Shown piece after piece: positions 55,743-64,000 of a stretch of DNA of 64,000 nt. The translations under genes were made by a program, and so were the position numbers. The notes under the pieces are model-generated. The model did not search any database and was not told the origin of the DNA. It was given only the letters and a program-made list of their open reading frames with translations. Position 1 is the stretch's first letter; every line of letters starts with the position of its first letter. Source of the stretch: a bacterium (lineage in GTDB: Bacteria > Electryoneota > Electryoneia > Electryoneales > Electryoneaceae); assembly GCA_963669175.1 (NCBI GenBank), contig OY769902.1:4544001-4608000 (forward strand), written 5' to 3'.

Positions 55743-58700
55743 ATGTTTCCACGTGCACGCCTCCTATTCATCGCTCCCCTTCTGCTGAGCGTACTACTTC
55801 TCCTGTTCTCCGGCATTTCCAGTGTAGCGTACGCCTCCCAACAGAACCTCGGGGTTACCAATCTACAGGTTTCTTCAACACGTTTAACCGCTCAAATCCA
55901 GGTTTCCGAGTGGCAAATTAACGAGCAGAATGGAGTTGAATTTCTCTCAATCCCGGGAGCGATTTCAGATTCGGGCACTGTGCCGATATTCACTACATGG
56001 CTTGCTGCGGTTGATGGGAATCGCCCTGTGGCGACTGTCCAAGCGTACGGCAGCCTGATCCCCACAGGCGTTTACGATCAATCTGCGCCTGCCACTTCGC
56101 CAGGATGTTCCACAGGCGATCCCGTTCTGTTCAAAGGAATACCGCTCTTTCCCATACGAATTACACCGGCGACTATTAATGAATCCGGCGAATTGTACCT
56201 GCCGGAACAACTTGATCTTAGCGTTGAGTTTGTCCCGGATCAACAGATTACAGCGATGACAAACACCTCTGCCATTCGCATGTCGGAAGACATGTATCAA
56301 ATGATGGATGATATCATTCTGAACCTGGATGAGCTGGATATCACCGTAACTGCGCCGCTTGGACGAATACTTGTTGTTACACCAGATGATGATATGACCA
56401 TTGAGCAACTCCAGGATTATGTTCAGTGGAAAAGAGAATTGGGATATCAGGTTGAGGTTATGTCGCCTGAGAGCAACGGGAATCATAATGATATTAACGA
56501 CCTGATTACTTCACGTTTCATGGATGACTCAGTCGCACCGCTGGAACACATTCTATTGATAGGTGATGATGGCAACGGTGTCAGTGATGCTTGCGAAATG
56601 GCATGCGGTGGCAACTATGGTGACCATGTGTATACGCTGTTATCCGGCGCGGATGAAATCCCCGATGTTTCCATTGGACGTTTCAGCGTTCGAGACCTTA
56701 CGACACTCGGCCGTGTCGTCAATAAAACGATCGCCTACGAACGTGATGTGTACATGGACGATCCGGAATGGTTGTCCAACGCTGTCATAACAGCAGGCGC
56801 CGGGTCAGGATACAGCATTATCAGCACCTGCCAGACAGTAAACTGGAACTTCCTGACTCACGGTTTTGAAACTGACACATTATGGTACACTATGGGTGGA
56901 AGCATCCCGGATTACATCATCCAGCATGTGAACGAAGGAGCCAGTTTTGTTAATTTCCGTGGATATTATGGCATGTCCGGCTGGAACAACAATCATTGCG
57001 CGTTATTCGCAAACGAAAGCAAGTTGCCGGTTTTTGTTACCATTACCTGCGGTACAGGTAGCTGGTCCACTGAGGTAACCGCGAAAAGTGAAGGCATTTT
57101 CCGTGCTGGAAGCGGTGTCAGTGACTTGCAGGGCGCTGTCGCCTGTATTGGTACGGCGACAACAAACACTCATACCCGTTTCAACAATATTGTAGACACC
57201 GGCTTCTTCGATGCTGCCCTGTTCCAGAATGTTCGTTCGGTAGGTTGGGCGCTTGTATGTGCAAAAATGCGACTTTACGAGACTTATTTCGGCACCAGCG
57301 ATTTCACCCAGTCCCTCGATTTCGCCGACTGGAACAACCTGATGGGTGATCCCGCGTTACGTATGTGGATGGGACAGCCCGTTGTGCCAACAGTTGAATG
57401 TCAGCCCAATGTGCCTCAAGGCCAGAACTATCTTGATGTTGATGTGTCTTGCAACGGCACTCTGCCTGAATTTGCCTGGGCAACTTTGACACAAGATGAA
57501 GTAAAAATAGATTCGCGGAGACTGGACTCTAATGGACATGTCCGGTTGTTTATTGACAGTGAAAACGATAACGGCGAAAATTTCACTCTTGTTGTCGCGG
57601 GTGATAACATGGCGCCTTTCCGTGGGACGATTTTTCACGGAGAAGCCAGCGCTCAGATCGGAATTGAATCGGTTGATATCGTGGGCAATGATTCCCATGA
57701 GAATTTCTCCACGCCAAACGAAACCCTTGAAGTCACTCTCCACTTCCACAATTATGGATATACTGGCGCCGATGGAAGCGGAACAGTGACATCGGATTCT
57801 CCATGGCTGGAGATTGAATCCGGCGACGATTTTACGCTTCCCCATTTAAACCCTCAGGAATCATACACCTTGGCGACTCCTGTTGTTGTTCATGTAGATC
57901 CATCTTGTCCTGATGGCGCTGTCCCATCCCTCAATGTATCAATAAACAATGACATGTTGAGTGCTATCCAGATACCGATCACTGCCTGGACAACAACATC
58001 CGGTGGCGAGGTGAGCTTCTCCGGTACTCCTGGCGTGTTATTACCCGGAAACACGGCCAGTTTGTTTATCCCCATTTCCAATGTGGGGCATATTCCAACA
58101 GGTTCATTACAAGCGACATTATCCACAACTGCGCCAGGGATTACAATCAATGATTCTCAGGCAAATTATCCCTCAATTGTCAGTAATGATACAATTAGTA
58201 ATCTGGGGTCTGCATTTTTAATAACCGCCAGCGAACAATTCGCCATGGGACAGCGTATCTCGCTCACCTTGACTGTTGAGTCTGAGTTTGGCGCTATAGA
58301 CTCTGTACATACCAGCTTTTACATCGGCGATCCACGTGAGTTTGATGTTACCGGTCCGGATGAGTATGGTTACTGGGCGCTGGACAGCGAAGACGATTCG
58401 ACATTGTTCAGCCTTGTCCCCCGGTATTCATGGTATAATATCAACGGCATCGGTGACCATTTGAATATTAACGACACCTCTGATGAAGATGATGGGTCCG
58501 TAGTTGTAAACTTGCCCTTTACGTTCAGGTATTACGGTCAGAATTACCACAGGATTACTGTTTGCAGTAACGGCTGGATTGCAATGGGTGAGCACGCAAA
58601 CATGGTTGATTTCAGAAATTATACAATTCCAAGCCCAAGCGGTCCACCAGCTATGATTGCGCCTTTCTGGGATGATCTCAGAACTTCCGGCGCCGGCAAC

Positions 58701-61094
58701 GGGATATGGTCTTATTACGACCCGGAAATGGGATACTATATCATCCAGTGGAATGTCCAGACTGCATTCAACTCATCCCAGGAGGATTTCCAGGTCATTC
58801 TCATGGATCCTTCTTTTTATCCAACGACAAGCGGTAATGGCCGTATCCTCTTCGTCTATGATGTCTTTAACCTGTCTTCCAATGTCGGATCTGATAACAG
58901 GTATGTAACTATTGGTATTGAGAACCAGGACCAATCAGATGGCGTCCTTTATACTTACTGGACCGATTACACAGCCGGCTCTACTCCCCTTGAGGACCAG
59001 ATGGCGATCCTTTTCACGGATGACCTTGCGACACTACCATCGCCGCCACTGGTTGAGCTGTTTCCTACGGATGGATTTGATTTTGTTATTACCGGTTCTG
59101 AAACCCTCAGGGACTCCTTTTTCATTGGCAATCTTGATGGTGGGGTGCTGACCTGGAATCTGACCATGGTGGATGATAATGTTCCCATGGAAGCCCGTTT
59201 GAGCCAGGCACAACGATATTCGCAGTATTCATCACCCGGAAAATCCGTGGAGGATTCATCAACGGTTGGAAAACCTGGTAGCCATTACAGAAAGGGTATG
59301 GATGATCAGTCCCTCACACCACTCGATCAATATTACCTGTCAGTGGAGAAGGGTGAGCAGGGTCTGGGTGGTCCTCCGGAACTCGACAATTTCGGTGGTC
59401 CCGATGCTTTTGGATATATATGGAAGGACTCAAATGAACCTGGTGGTCCTGAATACGCCTGGCATTCAAACCTTGGCAGAGTAATAAACTCGTTTGCACC
59501 TGATTATGATGATGGCTTCTCCGATGCTATCGAATTACCATTCAGTTTCCCGTTTTACGGTGTTGAGTATAATGAAATCTATATCAACACAAATGGTTAT
59601 ATATCCTTCATCCCCGACCAGGAACCTCTCTGGTCAAATCGTATTCTGCCTGATGAAACCGCGAACCTGGCCATGATCGGCCCCTGGTGGGATGATTTGA
59701 ACCTGGATCCGGATGACGAGGGGGGTGGCGAAGTATATTTCTGGCATAATGACGAAAACCTTGCTGTGGTTACCTGGTCGGAATGTATCGGCTGGGGCGG
59801 ACGTGGCGGCCCGTATACTTTCCAGCTTCTCCTCAAGTCAAATGGCCTGATCAAATTCCAATACCAGGACATGGGCGAGGAAGATGACGACCGGCATGAT
59901 GAGTCAACGATCGGCATTCAGAATGCAGATGCGACCATCGGCCTGACTGTTATTCACGAGTGGGCCGGATATATTGAAAACGAACTGGCTGTCTCCATGC
60001 TGGTCCCGCAATACTGGTTCTCGGTATCACCCCATGCCGGCTATACGATAAGCGGTGAAATTGATGCTGCCCGTATTAGCATCCTCGGCGAAGATTTGCC
60101 TTTTGGCGATTACCAGGGGTCTATCCTGTTCCAGTCAAACTCCAGCAACCTGCCAAACCAGCTAATCCCCGTTTCCTTATCCGTTCTTGAAAGTGGGCAT
60201 GGTCCATACATCTCACAAATACCATCCCAGACAGTCGCACTGAACGAAGACTTTGACCTGGTAAACCTCAATGACTATGTCGTTGACCCAAACTATCCCG
60301 ACAACCAGATAGAGTGGGATGTGGCTGGTGAGAATCACCTGATTATTCAAATCAATAACGGTATTGCCGTGATCACAGCTGCAACCCAGGACTGGACAGG
60401 CTCTGATGATATCACCTTCATCGCTTCCAATCCCGAGAACCTGTCGGACAGTTGCGTAGTAACCTTCACAAAAGTAGCAGTAAATCAACCTCCCGTAGCG
60501 TTTATGCTGAGAAGACCTGAAAATGAAATGATCTTTAACAAGGACATCATCAATTTCATCTGGGATCCTGCCGATGATCCCGAAGGCATGCCAGTAACGT
60601 ATACACTGTATATTCAGACACTTGACGATACTGTATCCTACTCCACTGGACAGTTGTTTGCAGCGACAGTGATGCTGGATTCCACAGGACTTCCGGATAA
60701 CGGCACCACCAGCCAGGATTACCACTGGTGGGTGGAAGCGTCCGACCCACGTGACCATGTAACAATGTGCGATGAAGCTTATGCCTTTATCGTGGACTGG
60801 ACATACATCGAAGAGGCTGACAAACTTCCGGAAGACTTTGCGATCAGTGATCCCTGGCCCAACCCGTTCAACTCAACTGTAGCAATTGAAGTGGCGCTGC
60901 CCCAAATGGCTGATGCCAGCATTGAAATCTATGATGTTCTGGGACGACGTGTGGAGAAGATAGTCCGCAATTCGCTTTCACCGGGCTATCACACCCTCAC
61001 CTGGAACGGACAGAATGTTGCATCCGGCGTCTATTTCATACGAAGCAGTCTCGGTCCGCAATCCTGTATCAGAAAGGTCACTCTACTCCGGTAG
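55743..61094 (+). CDS. Secreted C25 (gingipain-like) protein with two nidogen-like repeats and T9SS/FlgD-type C-terminus
   Basis: Signal peptide; YVQWKRELGY, HILLIGD, PDVSIGRF, ITCGTG, NLMGDPAL; two GPD.(Y/F)GY...LPF.F..YG...NG.I...WDDL units; PWPNPFN...YDVLGRRV...SGVYFI. Confidence 0.85.
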   Translation: MFPRARLLFIAPLLLSVLLLLFSGISSVAYASQQNLGVTNLQVSSTRLTAQIQVSEWQINEQNGVEFLSIPGAISDSGTVPIFTTWLAAVDGNRPVATVQAYGSLIPTGVYDQSAPATSPGCSTGDPVLFKGIPLFPIRITPATINESGELYLPEQLDLSVEFVPDQQITAMTNTSAIRMSEDMYQMMDDIILNLDELDITVTAPLGRILVVTPDDDMTIEQLQDYVQWKRELGYQVEVMSPESNGNHNDINDLITSRFMDDSVAPLEHILLIGDDGNGVSDACEMACGGNYGDHVYTLLSGADEIPDVSIGRFSVRDLTTLGRVVNKTIAYERDVYMDDPEWLSNAVITAGAGSGYSIISTCQTVNWNFLTHGFETDTLWYTMGGSIPDYIIQHVNEGASFVNFRGYYGMSGWNNNHCALFANESKLPVFVTITCGTGSWSTEVTAKSEGIFRAGSGVSDLQGAVACIGTATTNTHTRFNNIVDTGFFDAALFQNVRSVGWALVCAKMRLYETYFGTSDFTQSLDFADWNNLMGDPALRMWMGQPVVPTVECQPNVPQGQNYLDVDVSCNGTLPEFAWATLTQDEVKIDSRRLDSNGHVRLFIDSENDNGENFTLVVAGDNMAPFRGTIFHGEASAQIGIESVDIVGNDSHENFSTPNETLEVTLHFHNYGYTGADGSGTVTSDSPWLEIESGDDFTLPHLNPQESYTLATPVVVHVDPSCPDGAVPSLNVSINNDMLSAIQIPITAWTTTSGGEVSFSGTPGVLLPGNTASLFIPISNVGHIPTGSLQATLSTTAPGITINDSQANYPSIVSNDTISNLGSAFLITASEQFAMGQRISLTLTVESEFGAIDSVHTSFYIGDPREFDVTGPDEYGYWALDSEDDSTLFSLVPRYSWYNINGIGDHLNINDTSDEDDGSVVVNLPFTFRYYGQNYHRITVCSNGWIAMGEHANMVDFRNYTIPSPSGPPAMIAPFWDDLRTSGAGNGIWSYYDPEMGYYIIQWNVQTAFNSSQEDFQVILMDPSFYPTTSGNGRILFVYDVFNLSSNVGSDNRYVTIGIENQDQSDGVLYTYWTDYTAGSTPLEDQMAILFTDDLATLPSPPLVELFPTDGFDFVITGSETLRDSFFIGNLDGGVLTWNLTMVDDNVPMEARLSQAQRYSQYSSPGKSVEDSSTVGKPGSHYRKGMDDQSLTPLDQYYLSVEKGEQGLGGPPELDNFGGPDAFGYIWKDSNEPGGPEYAWHSNLGRVINSFAPDYDDGFSDAIELPFSFPFYGVEYNEIYINTNGYISFIPDQEPLWSNRILPDETANLAMIGPWWDDLNLDPDDEGGGEVYFWHNDENLAVVTWSECIGWGGRGGPYTFQLLLKSNGLIKFQYQDMGEEDDDRHDESTIGIQNADATIGLTVIHEWAGYIENELAVSMLVPQYWFSVSPHAGYTISGEIDAARISILGEDLPFGDYQGSILFQSNSSNLPNQLIPVSLSVLESGHGPYISQIPSQTVALNEDFDLVNLNDYVVDPNYPDNQIEWDVAGENHLIIQINNGIAVITAATQDWTGSDDITFIASNPENLSDSCVVTFTKVAVNQPPVAFMLRRPENEMIFNKDIINFIWDPADDPEGMPVTYTLYIQTLDDTVSYSTGQLFAATVMLDSTGLPDNGTTSQDYHWWVEASDPRDHVTMCDEAYAFIVDWTYIEEADKLPEDFAISDPWPNPFNSTVAIEVALPQMADASIEIYDVLGRRVEKIVRNSLSPGYHTLTWNGQNVASGVYFIRSSLGPQSCIRKVTLLR

Positions 61095-61330
61095 ATCCTT
61101 TTTCTGCGCAGTATCATTTTAAGACAATTGGAAGTTCTCCCTCCTTCAGCAAGAAGTACGCTCCTCTCTTCTCTATCCTACTGTATTGTTATTTCTATGC
61201 TTACAAAAACCAGAGACATTCCTATTCAAATTGGCCTTCCCTTTGCGATAAACGTATCCCAGAAAGCAACATGTTCGAGATTTGAACACTACATGTGCAA
61301 CCAGGATTTGAAGTAGAGGGAGATGGGGCG

Positions 61331-61663
61331 GTGCAGATCAAAACAGAGCAAAACAATGGTGTTGCCATTGTCAACATATCGGGACACAGGCTGGATCTGG
61401 CAAATGCCAACGCTTTCCGGCAAGCCATGGAGCCGATCCTGATTGAAAACCAGAACGTACTGTTTGACTTTGAAGGGTTAAGGTTCATTGACAGTTCAGG
61501 ACTTGGAGCAATACTTCATTCACTGCGAGAATTACGATCACGTGAAGGCAATTTGAAACTATGCAACATGCGTCCGGTAGTACGAAGCCTGTTTGAATTG
61601 GTTCGGATGCACAAGATTATTGAGAACTTTGATTCACGAGAAGAAGCTTTGAAATCCTACTGA
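61331..61663 (+). CDS. STAS-domain anti-sigma factor antagonist
   Basis: RLDLANA, FIDSSGLGAIL, LKLC; likely GTG start at 61331. Confidence 0.9.
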   Translation: MQIKTEQNNGVAIVNISGHRLDLANANAFRQAMEPILIENQNVLFDFEGLRFIDSSGLGAILHSLRELRSREGNLKLCNMRPVVRSLFELVRMHKIIENFDSREEALKSY

Positions 61664-61700
61664 GTTGACAACCCCTCCCGTGTCAACTCAGTTCTCCCCA

Positions 61701-61734
61701 GAACGCGCCGACCAATCCGGCGCGTTTCTTTTTT
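61701..61734 (+). terminator. Intrinsic terminator
   Basis: AACGCGCCG-loop-CGGCGCGTT followed by a T tract. Confidence 0.75.
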
Positions 61735-61803
61735 GTGCTAAACCAAGCGGGACAGCCATACACACGGCTGTCCCGCTTATCAGGTAACATTCTGTTGTAT
61801 GCT

Positions 61804-62508
61804 TTACTTCAACCAGGTTCCGGTTCTGCCAATCCGCCACCGTTGCCACAACGGCGTATTCTCGCTGTTATCCCACGAAAGATGCACCAGGCGCGCCCTG
61901 CCAATGATGTTATCCTCGGGAACCGGCCCGAAGTAACGGCTGTCAAGCGAGTTGTCACGGTTGTCGCCCATCAGGAAAACGTAATCTTCGGGAATCACGT
62001 ACGGTCCCCAGTTATCACGGCTGCCCAGTTTCTCGGGGATACCGCTATGATAAGAACGTGGGTAGGTGCGGGCGTCAATGTGCTGGCCATGCTTGGGTAG
62101 CAGTGACAGGACACCATCGATATAGAGCTGTTTATTGATTACCTGCACTTTCTGACCGCCAAGGGCAACAACACGTTTGACATAGGGAATCCTGTCGTGC
62201 ATGGGCGTTCTGACAACCACGATATCGCCCTGCTCAACCTCACGGATGCCGGGAAGTTTTACCGCTGGGACCGACATGCCGAAATCCGTATAAGGGATGC
62301 CGATCCAGTCCGGGGTGCGTGGACCGAGGGTCACTTTATCGGCAAGCAGGAAATCACCAGTCATGATCGTGCTCTCCATTGACCCTGTCGGCACATGATA
62401 AGCCTGCACCAGTCCAACTTGAAGAGTAATTACAATGACAAGTACAGAGGCAATCTCTTTGATACCATGCAAAACAGGTTTGAGCAGATTGCGAAATGAA
62501 GAAGACAT
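61804..62508 (-). CDS. lepB: Signal peptidase I
   Basis: VPTGSMEST...GD, YVKRVVA, MGDNRDNSLDSRYFG. Confidence 0.93.
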   Translation of the reverse strand: MSSSFRNLLKPVLHGIKEIASVLVIVITLQVGLVQAYHVPTGSMESTIMTGDFLLADKVTLGPRTPDWIGIPYTDFGMSVPAVKLPGIREVEQGDIVVVRTPMHDRIPYVKRVVALGGQKVQVINKQLYIDGVLSLLPKHGQHIDARTYPRSYHSGIPEKLGSRDNWGPYVIPEDYVFLMGDNRDNSLDSRYFGPVPEDNIIGRARLVHLSWDNSENTPLWQRWRIGRTGTWLK

Positions 62509-62753
62509 GGAATTCTCCCCAGAATGGTTGGCTCCATGTCTTTCACACTCGCTTTTAACCGCTGGTTCCCGTCAGCTCCAGGTTTTGAGAGAGATTGTAA
62601 TTGTAAAAGACTCGGTCTTCTGTGCAATGGGGTATTTTTTTTGAGAGCACACAACATAAGGTTTATTGACTCATCTCATGGCATGGCAACAATCCACCTC
62701 GAAACGGTAACCCCACCCCAGTCGAACTATGCGAATAAGTACACAAGAAAATC

Positions 62754-62982
62754 GGGACTGCTACACTTTTCTGCAAGAAATATTACCTGCGCACAGGTCA
62801 ATGACAGGTTGTAAAGATGAATACTGGCCATAAAAACGTAAACTAATAGCAGAAAAGGTAGCTGTCCCAGGATTTTCGGTTGATCTCGAACAACAAGCTG
62901 GCGAAAAATCCGGTACAGCTACCGTTTCGGACACTCTTGGTGCGAAGTCCTGATTTGGCAAAAATGAAAAGGTAGCAGTCCC
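62754..62982. repeat. Cluster of four REP-like ~17-bp repeats in alternating orientation
   Basis: GGGACTGCTACACTTTTC (62754), GAAAAGGTAGCTGTCCC (62852), GGTACAGCTACCGTTTC (62912), GAAAAGGTAGCAGTCCC (62966). Confidence 0.7.
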
Positions 62983-63044
62983 ATTTTTCGCCGCTACCCT
63001 GTCATCCAGGAAACGCTGTCGTTTAGCCTGACTTGCCCTGAATA

Positions 63045-63694
63045 CTATGAATTCCTACGCCACAGGATAGGGCATCCGCTCAATTCAGTCTTTGCCGTTT
63101 CAACCTTTTCGCTCCGTAACATCTGCTCCACAGCTTTTCGCAGCACCGTATCATTTCGATCAATCACAATCGCTCCATGATACACCATTTTACCTTCCGC
63201 ATTGAACAGGAAGGCTTCCGGGGTACGTGAAGCGCCAAAGGCCAGGGCCAGTCCGCTTGTCGCATCCACGACATAGGGAAATGAGAAATCAAGCTGTTGC
63301 GCAATCCTTTTGTTGAAGTCAAAGCCTTCATTCTCGTTTTTACCGGGATCATTGGGATTCAAGCCGATCACGCCGATTTTGTTCTGACGGCATATCGCCG
63401 CTACAGTTCGGATTTCTTCGGCCCAGGTACGTACATCCGGGCAATCATTCGCGAGGACAGTACAAGGACACCATGTTCTCCCTTCACGTCTTCAATGGAG
63501 ATCAGGCTTCCATCCACATTCTTCATCAACACATCCGCCAGCGGCGTGGGGCTTCCCATTGGCATATCATAGACCGGGGCATCGGGCACATCTTCGATAA
63601 ACCCGGCCTGAGGATTCTGCTGTTCTTTCTTTCCGCAACCAACACCCAGAAAAAGCAGTCCGGTGAGGATAAGCGACAGTGTCCTGTTTCGCAT
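63045..63694 (-). pseudogene. Thioredoxin-fold/redoxin lipoprotein with a 1-nt frameshift, or a sequencing error
   Basis: Lipobox LGVGC. Restoring one T near 63457 joins ...GVLVL to (F)LANDCPDVRTW...IGLNPND...FGASRTPEAFLF...YHGAI. Confidence 0.75.
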
Positions 63695-64000
63695 CGCAAT
63701 TCTCCTGTCGTAGGGATCTGTACGCGGGGGTGCGTCCGGGAGAAATATACACAAAAGGAACCGTAAAAGACTTGTTTTCTGCCCGCTTCTACTGTTTTTT
63801 TCTGTATCCACCAAAAAGGAGACAAACGTGAAAAGACGGATCACTTCATGGATGTCGGTAACTTGCTTTACCATCACGCTTTTAGCAGCCCCCCTCGTAC
63901 TGCTTCAATGCGGCGGAAATGATAAAGAAGCGACAATTACGACACGTAACCTCGGATCTCACAGCATGTTCAAGGAAGTGAACATGTACCTGACAGTCCG

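Overview
Bacterial DNA, probably FCB-superphylum-like (inferred from large secreted C25/gingipain-type proteins with PNPFN-type C-terminal sorting domains). It has three parts. (1) 1-16.5 kb is an IS-rich patch: a partial SPFH gene, a TetR regulator, two diverged copies of an integrase-core (rve) IS flanking a cyclic beta-1,2-glucan synthase and a PfkB sugar kinase, an IS3 relic, and an IS4. (2) About 16.5-50.4 kb is a phage-related integrated element ending next to tRNA-Asn. It carries a DUF2924 plus large serine recombinase module, two secreted cargo proteins, a sigma-like gene behind a structured RNA leader, a recombination/replication operon (PD-(D/E)XK, AAA_24, DUF669, ERCC4, RecD2, AEP primase with a mirror-symmetric iteron array), TerS/TerL/portal/MuF with no visible capsid or tail genes, a counter-oriented Xer + amidoligase + double-GGCT cassette between terS and terL, and a PHP-ATPase (Ppl-like) defence gene. 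(3) 50.4-64 kb is core-like chromosome: tRNA-Asn, rpmB, tRNA-Leu, an NtrC-type regulator, an unusual receiver-HNH fusion, a methyltransferase, a C25 protein, STAS, lepB, REP-like repeats and a frameshifted redoxin. Best novelty candidates are the Xer cassette splitting the packaging genes, the capsid-less packaging module, the RNA leader of the sigma-like gene, and the receiver-HNH fusion. All calls come from reading motifs by eye; no searches were run.
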